Source of the DNA: Lama guanicoe
Lineage: Eukaryota
Length of the DNA stretch: 64,000 bases
Assembly (NCBI GenBank): GCA_013239625.1
Contig: MU054098.1
Location: 310,001-374,000 of the forward strand
Direction: 5' to 3'
In this document: piece after piece, positions 53,793 through 64,000 of the stretch
Position numbering within the stretch: the stretch's first letter is position 1
Layout of the letters: each line of letters opens with the position of its first letter
Made by a program: the position numbers and the translations under genes
Notes under the pieces: generated by a model
Told to the model about the DNA's origin: nothing
What the model saw: the letters and a program-made list of their open reading frames with translations, nothing else
The model's database searches: none

Positions 53793-55250
53793 TTTTAAAG
53801 TTGACATATAGTCAGTTACATTGTGTCAATTTCTGGTGTACAGCATAAGGTCCCAGCCATATATACACATACACACATTTGTTTTCATATTCTTTTTCAT
53901 TAAAGGTTATTACAAGGTATTACATATAATTCCCTGTGCTAAACAGAAGAAATTTGTTTTTTACATAATTTTACATATAATAAATATTTGCAAATCTTGA
54001 ACTCCCAAATTTATCCGTTCCCACCCCCTTTCCCCCCGGTAACCATAAGATTGTTTACTTTGTCTGCAAGTCTGTTTCTCTTTTGTAGATGAGTTCATTA
54101 GTGTCCTCTTTTTTCCTTTTTTTTTTTAGATTCCACATATCAGTGATATATTGTATTTTTCTTTCTCTTTCTGGCTTACTTCACTTATAATGATGATCTC
54201 TGGGTCCATCCATGTTGCTGGAAATGGCATTATTTTATTCTTTTTTAAGACTGAGTAGTATTCCATTATATAAACACACCACAACTTCTTTGTCCAGTCA
54301 TCTGTCGACGGACATTCAGATTGTTTCCATGTCTTGGCTATTGTATATGGTGCTACTATGAACTTTGGGGTGCATGTATCTTTTCGAATTAGAATTCCCT
54401 CCAGATATAGGCACAGGAGTGGGATTGCTGAATCATATGGTAAGTCTATTTATAGTTTTTTGAGGAAGCTCCATACTGTTTCTCATAATGGCTGCACCAA
54501 ACTACATTCTCACCAACAGTGTAAGAGTATTCCTTTTTCTCCACACTCTCTCCAGCATTTATCGCTTGTGGACTTTTTATTGATGGACATTCTGACTTGT
54601 GTGAGGTGATACCTCATTGTAGTTTTGACATATGGGTCAATGGAACAGAACAGAGAGCCCAGAAATAAACCCACAGACCTACAGTCAATTAATCTTTGAC
54701 AAAAGAGTCAAGAACATACAATGGAGAAAAGACAGTCTCTTCAGCAAGTAGTGTTAGGGAAACTGGACAGCAGCATGTAAATCAGTGAAGTTAGGACACT
54801 CTCTCACACCATATGCAAAAATAAACTCAAAATGGCTTAAAGACTTAAACATAAGACAAGACACTATAAACCTCCCAGAAGAAAATATAGGCAAAACATT
54901 ATCTGACATAAATCTTAGCAATGTTCTCCTAGGGCAGTCTATCCAAGCAATAGACATAAAAGCAAAAATAAACAAATGGGACCTAATAAACTTTCAAGCT
55001 TTTGCACAGCAAAAGAAACCGTAAGCAAAACAAAATGACAACCTATGGAATTGGAGAAGATATTTCCAAATGATGTGACTGAAAAAGGTTTAATTTCCAG
55101 AATATATAAACAGTTCATACAACTTAATAACAACAACAAAAAGAAACAACCCAATCCAAAAATGGGCAGAAGACCTAAACAAGCAGTTCTCCAGTGAAGA
55201 CATACAAATGGCCAATAAGCACATGAAAAAATGCTCAGTATTGCTAATTA
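53765..55250 (-). mobile_element. Young L1 with 5' inversion (antisense 53765-54628; inverted sense ORF2 segment 54629-55250)
   Basis: (TTTA)n tail; ORF2-like peptide LTPYAKINSKWLKDLNIR in 54785-55024. Approximate TSD cctattcttttaaatctta / cctattcttgtaatctta (53746-53764 / 55251-55268). Confidence 0.9.
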
Positions 55251-55533
55251 CCTATTCTTGTAATCTTAATGCAAGGTACCATCATCTATCTCTAGGACCA
55301 CTGTATTTTAGGAGTACTTACTAGATGTTATACACAATAACAAACTGGGTGTACTTTTGTTTTTAGAATTTCAAATAACTGTGAGCAATAATTTTCAACT
55401 CCCGGGAATCCCAAGTTACAAGAATAGGAGGTATAACCTAGTTGTAAAAGAAATATTCTAAAAAGTAAAAAAAAAAAAAAAAACCCTATGACTTAATTTT
55501 TCCCCTTCGGTACCTGGTTATCTCTCTTCTTCC

Positions 55534-55668
55534 TTTTACTTTTTTCTTTTTTTTTGGGTGGGGGGGATAACTCAGTTTTTATTTGTTTATAATGGATGTA
55601 CTGGCGATTGAACTCGGGACCTTGTGTATGCTAAGCACATGCTCTATCACTGAGCTATACCTTCCCCC
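55534..55668 (-). mobile_element. tRNA-derived SINE (camelid vic-1-like)
   Basis: Reverse complement reads GGGGGAAGGTATAGCTCAGTGATAGAGCATGTGCTTAGC..GAGTTCAATCGCCAGTACATCCATT plus C-run and A tail; homologous to 16669-16783. Confidence 0.85.
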
Positions 55669-56134
55669 GAGGAATTTTTCCCCTTCAGTAGAATTGCATG
55701 GTGCTTGGGTGTCCAGAGGAGGTGAGCCAGGAAATTGAGAAATTTCTGTTTCAAGTTCAGATTTTGGTTTCTAATAATTCTGTCTATCCTTTTATTTAGT
55801 TACTCGGAATCTTATGATGGGAAGAAGAATCCAGATTAATTTTATATTATGTAGTCATAACTAATGTTTTCTTTAGCCAATTATAAAATTTTGCATTAGG
55901 TGAGTGTGCTTGTGTATACACACATTTGTGTAAAACATGTTAATTTATATATATTAATATTCTGAATACGGAATTTACTATATTGCTGAATAAATAGATC
56001 TTTATTCCTCAGAGTGAGGAAGTTGATTATTGATAGGAAGCTGTTCTAATGAGGGCAGACCAGATGCTAAATGAGATATAGTGGGCTAAACTATACCATA
56101 GATGTTTTCCTTGAAAGAGATAAATGACATTCTT

Positions 56135-56659
56135 TTTAAATTTTCATTTTATTTATTTATTTTTTAGCACACATACAGATATTTTATTGAAGTATAGTCA
56201 GTTTACAGTGCTGTGTCAATTTCTGGTGTACAGCGTAATGCTTCACTCATACTCGAAGATACATATATATATATATATTTGTTTTCATATTCTTTTTCAC
56301 CATAAGTTACTACAAGATATTGAATATAGTTCTCTGTGCTATACAGTATGAAATTGTTGTTTATCTATTTTATAAGATGACTGGATAAAGAAGAGGTGGT
56401 ATATTTATACAATGGGATACTATTCAGCCATAAAAATGACAACATAATGCCATTTGCAGCAACATAGATGGACCTGGAGATTGTCATTCTAAGTAAAGTA
56501 AGCCAGAAAGAGAAAGAAAAATATCGTATGATATCACTCATATGTGGCATATAAAAAAAGACAAATGAACTTACTTACAAAACAGAAACAGACTCACAGA
56601 CATAGAAAACAAACTTATGGTTACTAAGGGGGAGAGGGTAGGAAGGGATAAATTGGGAG
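56135..56659 (-). mobile_element. Young L1 with 5' inversion (antisense 56135-56374; inverted 56375-56659)
   Basis: 14-bp TSD taaatgacattctt / taaatggcattctt (56121-56134 / 56660-56673); the two halves are adjacent L1 segments in opposite orientation. Confidence 0.9.
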
Positions 56660-56758
56660 TAAATGGCATTCTTATGTTTTTAACCAAAAAAGTTTAATGA
56701 AGTAGCATAAGCAGAGTATATTCCTATGACAAGATAGCTAATTTGACAATTGTTCAAG

Positions 56759-56953
56759 CAGTGGTTCTCAACAGGAATAGGGGGATTTGTACCCCAGGAG
56801 ACATTTTTCTACCACAACTAGAGGGTATTTACTGGCATCTAGTAGGTAGATATCAAGGATTCTGCTAAATATCCTACAATGCCCAGGATAGCCCCATGTA
56901 ACAACTAGTTATACAGCTCAAGAGGTCCATGGTGCTTTGGTTTAGAAACTCTT
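56759..56953. mobile_element. MER20 hAT-Charlie DNA transposon
   Basis: cagtggttctcaac start; tactggcatctagtaggtaga; tgctaaatatcctacaatgcccaggatagcccc. Confidence 0.8.
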
Positions 56954-57119
56954 TTAGGGTATTTTTTTAGCGTGCCACATGTGTTCTAAGTATTTTTCAA
57001 AATTTCATGTAACAAATAAACCTTTAATAAAGGTATAATGGTCATAATAATTCCATTATTTTATTTTTGTGAAAACTTAAATGAATGGAAGTTTATTTGT
57101 GTGTACTTGGAATAATTTA

Positions 57120-57765
57120 GGAGAGGAAGGAATCAAGGGTGCATGTCAGCTTTCTGGCTTGAGCAGCTCACCAGAAGGATGTTGGTGATATTACCTGAGA
57201 TGAAAGAAACAGATATATGGAAGAGCTTCAGTTCAGATTTTACACTTGTAGAATTTGTGGTGTCTGAGAGATATCAAGAGGAAGTCCTAAAGATCAGAAC
57301 ATATGTGTTCAAATATATCTTTAATTTGAAATTTGTTGATATATGAATACTAACCCTGGTATTGGAGAGAATCATGTATTAGAGTGTATATCTTCAGGAA
57401 AGAGTACCTTATGTCACAGCCCGTAGGAACACTAACATTTGCAGTATGGGTAGAGGAGAATCTAACAAGAGACTAAGAAATAACCAGGGAGACAATAGGA
57501 AATGATCCAAAAGTGTAGTCTTTCAAGAGAAGAGAAATATTTCCAGATTGATGAGGGGTTGTTGATAGGGAGGCTGTTGGTGACCTTGGTGAGCATGAGA
57601 GTGAATAGAAACCAAATTACGGTGGGCTGAGAAGTCCATGGTAAGTAAGATATTTAGTTACGTTGTAGATTTACTAAGTTTGGCTGTCAAGGAGGAAGGG
57701 ATGAATGGAGGGAGATATGGGATCAGGGGAGGTTTTTTTGTGTGTGTTTTTAAATATGAGAGAGA
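57120..57765 (-). mobile_element. L2 fragment
   Basis: tttctggcttgagcagct; ttggtgaccttggtgag; purine-rich. Confidence 0.55.
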
Positions 57766-58020
57766 ATTCCTTAGTGGTATTTTAAAAGATAATTTTTAAA
57801 TATGTTGAAGTATATCAAGTACAGTTTGTTATTAAACAAACTTTCTGTGAGTATATTTCTATATATTTTTTTGCCTTCAACGTCACGGTGGATAATATTT
57901 TAAATACTTTCTTTAGTTGCGTGGATTCCAAGCAATTCAGCAAAAGTATGAAAGTAGTTCTGTTAATTATCATAGATATAGGTGTATGTTTGACACTCAA
58001 AAATTATTTTTGTTTTTCAG

Positions 58021-58165
58021 ATCTTTCAAGAAATCGTTTTACAGAAATTCCTTCTGATGTCTGGTTATTTGCACCTCTTGAAACATTAAACTTGTATCAT
58101 AATTGCATCAAAACCATTCCTGAAGCCATTAAAAACCTGCAGATGTTAACATACCTTAACATTAG
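58021..58165 (+). CDS. LRCH2: LRCH2 coding exon 2 (leucine-rich repeats), 145 bp
   Basis: (D)LSRNRFTEIPSDVWLFAPLETLNLYHNCIKTIPEAIKNLQMLTYLNI(S) with LxxLxLxxN motifs; acceptor ttttcag|, donor AG|GTAAGG. Confidence 0.97.
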
Positions 58166-58347
58166 GTAAGGAAACAATTTTGGGGGAGTAAATTTTAGTT
58201 TGTTTGTTTTTTTGTTACAATTATAATCCTTTTAGTTGCAAAGGACTGTGTTTGGTTTAGCTATGTAGCCTGTATCGCAACAGTATCTTATTTGTATTTT
58301 TTATATATTCCCATTACTGTATAGGCTTTTGGTTTTGCTCTTGAGAG

Positions 58348-58493
58348 CAGTGCTTCTCAAACTTTAATTGCACAGGAATCAGATGCAGATTCTGATTCCA
58401 TAGGTCTGCAGTGAGGCCAGCATTCCTAACACTCCCTCCACCCCTAGTAATGCCCATGTCTGCTGGTCCTTAGATCACTTTGAGTAGCAAGGC
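58348..58493. mobile_element. MER5A-type DNA transposon (internally deleted)
   Basis: cagtgcttctcaaacttt..atgcagattctgattc..cactttgagtagcaag. Confidence 0.75.
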
Positions 58494-58684
58494 TTTAGAT
58501 CAGAAGTATTTTACTGAAATTATAGCACCACAATAAAGATTTATTTATGTGCATCCTCAGTTAAAGTAAAACATTATAAAGACATAGTTCTTAATTGTTC
58601 ACACTCTTGTGACTTCTTGTTGCTACTTCAAGGATGGATAAATTGGGATGGGAGTATTGGAATGTTAGGAAGTTGATGACAGTT

Positions 58685-58930
58685 GATGGTAATAATAAAC
58701 TGTTTACTGTGTGCCAAGCAGTGTTACAGATACTTTACCCATGTTACCTCATCTCATCTTCACAACAGCATTTTGAGATATGTGCCATTATTATCCCTGC
58801 ATTGCAGATGAGGAAACTGAAGCACAGAGAGGTTAACTATTTGCCTAAAGTTTATATATATTGCAAATGGTAGAGCTAAGATTCATATCAAAGCAGCAGT
58901 GTGGCTGTAGAACTCTCATTTTTAACTATT
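58685..58930 (-). mobile_element. MIR SINE
   Basis: ttgcagatgaggaaactgaagcacagagaggttaac core. Confidence 0.85.
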
Positions 58931-60332
58931 ACCCTATGTTTATAATAGAGGGAACATTTAATAAGTATAAGGGAAAAAATTGCCCAATCAGATGAGTAAC
59001 ATTGAATGGAAACTCATATATTGTGACTGAATTTTAGAATCATTTTCTTACTTTTCTTTTTTTGTTTTGAGTTGTAAGGGATAATTTCTTCCACCCTCCT
59101 TAACAAAGTTACTTGTCTAAATTCTCATATAGGAAAATAGTAAATATAATATACATAAATAGTAATGCTCCTTTCTTTCTGTGATATATTAATTCTTACA
59201 TATGTTTCCCCCAGTGGTGTCACCTGGCAGTACATACAATTTTAACTGAAACCATTTTAAACCTTAAAATGTGTGAGAAGAATTTCCTTCCATAGATGTT
59301 GGTCATTTGGGTTGCTCCTTCCTCTGATTGGGTACATGTCTCCTTGGCTGGCTTGGGAGAGGTTTAAGGAAAGTGAGGTATTTTTAAGTTTTTGGCTTTG
59401 TTTTTGTTTTATTTTGTTCTTTTATAGAAAAAATGATTTGTCAAAATTGAATTGCATTTGTATATTAACATGTATGGTATATCTTAAAATAGTTTTTCTA
59501 AAACTTTCTTTGATTCTTTCCCATTTTGATATCTAAAAGTTGACTCCTGATTTTTGTTTACTGTCACAAAATTTCTGAAAACACTGTATTGAAATAGCAT
59601 TTGTTCTAGTGACTGACTTCCTTTGACTGTTTCTAAAACGTGTCATAAAAGTGAAGATTGATGTCTTATTAACTATGTATAAAGAAATCAGATTCTGGAG
59701 AAAGCTGGCTGCTAACTCAATGAACCTGCTTCTTAAGGGAAGAAAAGAAGCCAGTTTTAAAACTTTTTTTGGTCTGAGGGAGATTAAAAAATGAGTTTGT
59801 TTGTGTCATTATTTTTCCTTTTTATTTTATTTTTATTTTGGTAAAAATATCTTGAGAAACTTGTAAGGTGATTTTTCAGCTCTTTGTTTCTTCTTGTATA
59901 CTACCTCCTTTTTCAGTAGCATCTGCAGGAAGGTCCCTGTGTGCCCCAGACAGACCACTTTCACAAGGATCCTACTTGGTCCATAAAGTGTCAAGGGTTG
60001 TGACAAACTCCTAGCATATTTGACGTCCCAGCAGTCTGGCCAGGATTGCTGGTCTAGGGGTAGTGTCCCTTTTTTTTTTTAAGGTCTATATCATGTGTTT
60101 AAAGCCAATTTAGTGTTTCTGGACATCCTCTGCAGGCATAAAATGAGGTGAAAGATCTTGAAGTCCCCCATTGGGGTAACACTGGGCTTTTGTTGCTGTG
60201 CATGTTACACAGAATGCTGGGTACAGGTCTATAAATGTCACTTTGAAAAGCAGGAAAAATAATAGCTAATTGCTAATGAATGCTTGATAGTATGTAAATG
60301 TAATGGTAAATTATATATTTTGGTAATAGGAT

Positions 60333-60666
60333 TGTCTTAGTCTGTTCATGCTGCTGTAACAGAATACCATAGACTGAGTGGCTTATAAACAACAGAATTT
60401 TATTTTTCACAGTTCTGGAGGCTAGGAAGTTCAAGATCAAGAAGTGCCAGCAGGTTTGGTGTCTTGTGAGGACCTGCTTCCTGATTCATAGATGGCTGGC
60501 TTCTCACTGTGCCCTCACATGGCAGAAGGAGCAAGGGAGCTCTCTGGGGTCTCTTTTATAAGGCCACTGATCATCTTCCAAAGGCCCCACCTCCAAATAC
60601 CATCACATTGGGGATCAGGTTTCAATATTATAGTTTTGGTGGGAAGGACACGTTTAGTCTATAGCA
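60333..60666 (-). mobile_element. MaLR (MLT1A/MST-type) solo LTR
   Basis: tgtcttagtctgttcatgctgctgtaacagaataccatagactg..tatagca; 5-bp flanks aggat/gggat. Confidence 0.88.
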
Positions 60667-60714
60667 GGGATCATTTGGATCAGTCTACTCTGGGATATAA
60701 ACTTGACCAAAATT

Positions 60715-60960
60715 AGTTTGAGGGTAAGGGACCTAGAGCCAGATTGCCTGGATTTGAATCCTGGCTCTCCCACTTACCAGTTCTGTGACTTTGAGCAGTT
60801 TACTTAATCTCTTTTAGACTGTTTCTTCATCTGTAAAATGGGCATCATGATAGTATCTATCTTCCTAAAGTAGTTTGTTGTGAGGGTTAGTCGAGGTAAT
60901 TCACATGAGGTGCTCTGAACATAGCTTGGCACATAGTAAGCACTCAATAAATGTTATTTG
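60715..60960 (+). mobile_element. MIR SINE, near full length
   Basis: gagccagattgcctggatttgaatcctggctct..ttcttcatctgtaaaatggg..ggcacatagtaagcactcaataaatgtta. Confidence 0.88.
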
Positions 60961-61284
60961 TCCTTATATTTAAATGTATCCACAGAGACAGGAATGTTGT
61001 ATTAACTTTGAACTGAGATAAAGGTGCTAGTAGGCTGTTCTACCATAAACCCGTAACAAAGGGGAAGGGCTTAGGGTTACTACATGTTTTTAAAGATATA
61101 ATCTAAATTCTTTCATAAATTTGAACAGAGTACATGCAAGTTTATCCATGAGCCTTTCCCTAGTTAGAGGCACAGAGATATTGAATACAGTAAAATTATG
61201 CCAGAGGGGAAGGTTCTGGCATTCTCTAGTTCAGAAGAATGATTCTGCCTTTTGAGGATTGGTGGTATGTAGGACAAGATCATG

Positions 61285-61445
61285 GGTCTGCTGTGCCTGG
61301 GCTTAACCAATTTTAACCTTCGTTTTTTAATATGTATAATGGAAGTAATAATACCATCTGTCTTGTGGGGTTAATGTGAGGTTTAAATGAGAGAGTGCAT
61401 GTAAAGATTTTAGCCTGTTACAAACTCATTAAATGATAGTTATTA
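61285..61445 (+). mobile_element. MIR fragment
   Basis: ataatggaagtaataatacc..gtgaggtttaaatgaga..catgtaaag. Confidence 0.6.
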
Positions 61446-61552
61446 TTTAGTGAAAACTTCTTACTTACTTTTGAGGTGATTTGTTCTTTTTCAACATAGC
61501 ATGTCACATTTCAGACATATTTCTCATAATGAGACTTTCTTATTCTTTTCAG

Positions 61553-61679
61553 TCGAAATCTTTTATCAACATTGCCAAAATACCTATTTGATCTTCCCCT
61601 TAAAGTTTTGGTCCTCAGTAATAATAAACTGGTATCCATTCCAGAAGAGATCGGGAAGTTAAAAGATTTAATGGAATTG
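61553..61679 (+). CDS. LRCH2: LRCH2 coding exon 3 (leucine-rich repeats), 127 bp
   Basis: (S)RNLLSTLPKYLFDLPLKVLVLSNNKLVSIPEEIGKLKDLMEL. Acceptor ttcttttcag|, donor TTG|GTGAGT (phase 0); AG|T completes Ser with exon 2. Absent from the ORF track. Confidence 0.97.
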
Positions 61680-62137
61680 GTGAGTAAAATAGTTGCATCG
61701 ATTGTGTATAACATGCATAATACATGCCTTTATATTTTAGAAGATTAATTCCTTTATGGAATTTAACTGTGATTTAAAGAAAATAACCTGGTATATGCCT
61801 AAGTTCACTTCAGTAAAATTTTGAGGTACCATTGCTTATGTCCGATTTTAGCTCATAGCTACAATAAAAGCCTGGTTATTTCTCAGTCCTAGTGAGGTCA
61901 GAAGTCTTGTTTATAAATCTTAAGAAATGCTTTTGAAACGAATGAGCATTTGTCTATCCATTGCGTGGGCAGTTAAGTTCTTAGACCAAAAAAAGATAAG
62001 GGTTTTTTTTTTTTTAAGGTTTTACAGGGCATTTATGAAAGCCTCAGAGAAAGGGGATAAAAGAAGAGAGTACAATGCCTGCAAATTAAGTAGAATTAAA
62101 GAAATAACTTTTCTGTCCTATATCTTCATGTGATTTT

Positions 62138-62158
62138 CTTTTTTTATTGAGTTACAGA
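62138..62158 (-). mobile_element. Ultra-short L1 3'-terminal insertion (21 bp)
   Basis: ctttttttattgagttacaga between perfect 16-bp repeats atcttcatgtgatttt (62122-62137 / 62159-62174). Confidence 0.75.
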
Positions 62159-62644
62159 ATCTTCATGTGATTTTATAACACTTTCGGGGCCAAGATAAAT
62201 GGAAAGAGGCCATTATATATAATTGATTATAGAAATATAGAAATAATTTAAAGTAATTTCTTTGAACATAACATTTTAGGTATTAAAGCATATTGAACTC
62301 TGAGAGGAATATAATCAAATCTTCAAAGCATTGAACTATTTTCACATCTGTTGCTCCTACCTCACACAGTATACTGTGCTGTTTATTTTTGTTTTCTGTT
62401 TTATCTTGAGTAATGCTTTCCAGATACATAGATCTTTAAAACTGTTCATAAGTATGACTTTTGAATGTGTGGATGGACAAGTTTTCTTGAGGAACTTATG
62501 TACAATTTTATAATGGGAAATTAATATGCAAATAGAATGTAATGAATAGAATTTCAGGAATGTCTTTTTAAAAATTCAGTAGAGAATACCTGCACGTGCA
62601 ATTGAACGCAAGGAAACTTTCTTGAACTTGGTATGGTTATACCT

Positions 62645-63195
62645 TAGAACCACAGAATTTTAATATTGTCAGTGATCGTATAAGTGATCAGATATAACCA
62701 CTTCCTAATGCAGGAATCCCTGACACATCTAGTTGTATATTTTCAGTGATGAACAAATCTTTGTGTGTGTCTCTGAGGCAGCCCTAATTCTCTTTTGCAG
62801 AACTCTTATTTGTTTTCTTTCTTACTTTGAACTAAAATACATACCCCTACCATTTTTATCTCTTGGTCCTAGGACTGCCACGTGAAGAGGTATAGATAAT
62901 GACATCTTTTCTTCCTTCAGATATTTATAATCTCTTATGTATCTGCTTTCCATTTACCAAACCTGTTTTTTACCAGACCTGTTTTTCTGTAGCTTAAATA
63001 TCTTTATTACTTGTGTTTCTTTCTATATTTCTATTCTTTATTCTTTTTTATTTTTAGCTATTTCCATCCTGAAAATATCCCCTTTTATTAAGGTCTCTCT
63101 TAATGTTATACTCACAGCTGAACAGAAGATGCCAGATGTGATCTAACAAATTCATAATAAAAGGGGACCATTACTTTCTTTGACCTGGACACTTA
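62645..63195 (-). mobile_element. CR1/L3-like ancient LINE fragment
   Basis: agaaccacagaattt start; aatgcaggaatccc; ctgaggcagcc; ccagatgtgatctaac; gaccattactttctttgacctggacac. Confidence 0.45.
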
Positions 63196-64000
63196 ATATT
63201 TTTAAAGATTTTATAAATGTTATACTTTGAGTCTATGGCTCTGTAATTTCTTTTTCTTTCTTTTTCATTCAGTTTTTGGCCCTACGTTCTAAATTATATT
63301 ACGTGAGATAGTTTTTGGATAAATGAAATTTCAAAAATATTTAGGATTTTTAGATTTAGTCTAGTATTTTTAAATAGAATACTAAAAAATATAGAAAATC
63401 ATTATGTCATTAGACACTATAAAATTATTGTGCTTTAAACTCTCAAAATCAGTAATAGTGGATAGATTCTGTTAGGAAGGCTAGTTGACAATTATAAACC
63501 ACATAATGAATTTGTTTGAGTATTACCTGTCACTGGAACATTTTTCCCATAACACTCTTCTATAAGAATGTGGTAGCCAGCTACAGTGAAGTTCTGTCAT
63601 TAGACCTAGGAAATGCTCTCAAGCCTCTAATCCCCAGCAGAGTATTTTGTAGAGTACCCATTGGTGAGTGGGTCAGTTTCCTGTGCCTGGGTTTATTTCT
63701 TCTGGAATGTGATAGCTACCTATCAAATTTCTATGGGTTTTCTGTATAGAAATCTTCAGTATTAGACACCTTCAGAAAGAAGCCATATTATTTATTTTAA
63801 AGGGCATTTTCCCCAAATTTTATTACCTATCATTTGGATAATAACCTATATATACTCAACACAACAGCAAAGGTGATCCTGTCAAAACGTAGTCAGATCA
63901 TACCTCTGTGTAAAAGTTTCTGGTTCCTGCCCACATCTCTGAGTAAAAGACAGTCTTACCCCACCCTCCATCCTAGTCTTCCCCTTGCCCACTTCCCTCT

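Larger units (their letters stand above)
33182..58020 (+). other. LRCH2: LRCH2 intron 1 (24,839 bp, GT-AG, phase 1)
   Basis: G|AT reconstitutes Asp in TTQA-D-LSRN; acceptor tttttgtttttcag. Confidence 0.92.

Noticed and set aside
54334..55154. Functional L1 ORF2 or reverse transcriptase gene
   Set aside because: Short, frameshifted, 5'-truncated and inverted fragments of the ORF2 C-terminal region.
57888..58020. N-terminal extension of the 93-aa ORF containing exon 2
   Set aside because: It is intronic sequence upstream of a clear polypyrimidine-AG acceptor at 58020.
61511..61714. 67-aa minus-strand ORF
   Set aside because: It is the antisense shadow of LRCH2 exon 3.
33182..64000. Intronic snoRNA or miRNA genes
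   Set aside because: I recognised no convincing C/D or H/ACA architecture or hairpin by eye. An Infernal/Rfam scan is needed to exclude them.

Overview
Mammalian (eutherian) genomic DNA, AT-rich and repeat-dense. It is probably camelid, inferred from two tRNA-derived SINEs resembling the vic-1 type. The only protein-coding gene I can support is the 5' part of LRCH2 (leucine-rich repeat and calponin-homology protein 2; X-linked in human) on the + strand. Exon 1 lies in a CpG island, with its start codon apparently inside a 74-N assembly gap (32810-32883) and visible CDS at 32884-33181. Exon 2 is 58021-58165 and exon 3 is 61553-61679. The three exons join in frame across GT-AG introns, and the gene runs past the window end. 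The 32 kb upstream and both introns are mostly interspersed repeats: solo LTRs (three LTR-in-LTR nests in the first 8.3 kb), young and old L1 fragments, L2, MIR, CR1/L3, MER5/MER20/MER2-like DNA transposons and microsatellites. Nearly all ORFs in the supplied track are spurious. I found no prokaryotic-type or otherwise novel multi-gene system. The most interesting observations are retrotransposition footprints read from target-site duplications (TSDs): a probable L1 3' transduction, two twin-priming inversions, ultra-short L1 insertions and a compound LTR. Repeat family names come from recognition by eye, not a database search. Boundaries without a stated TSD are approximate.
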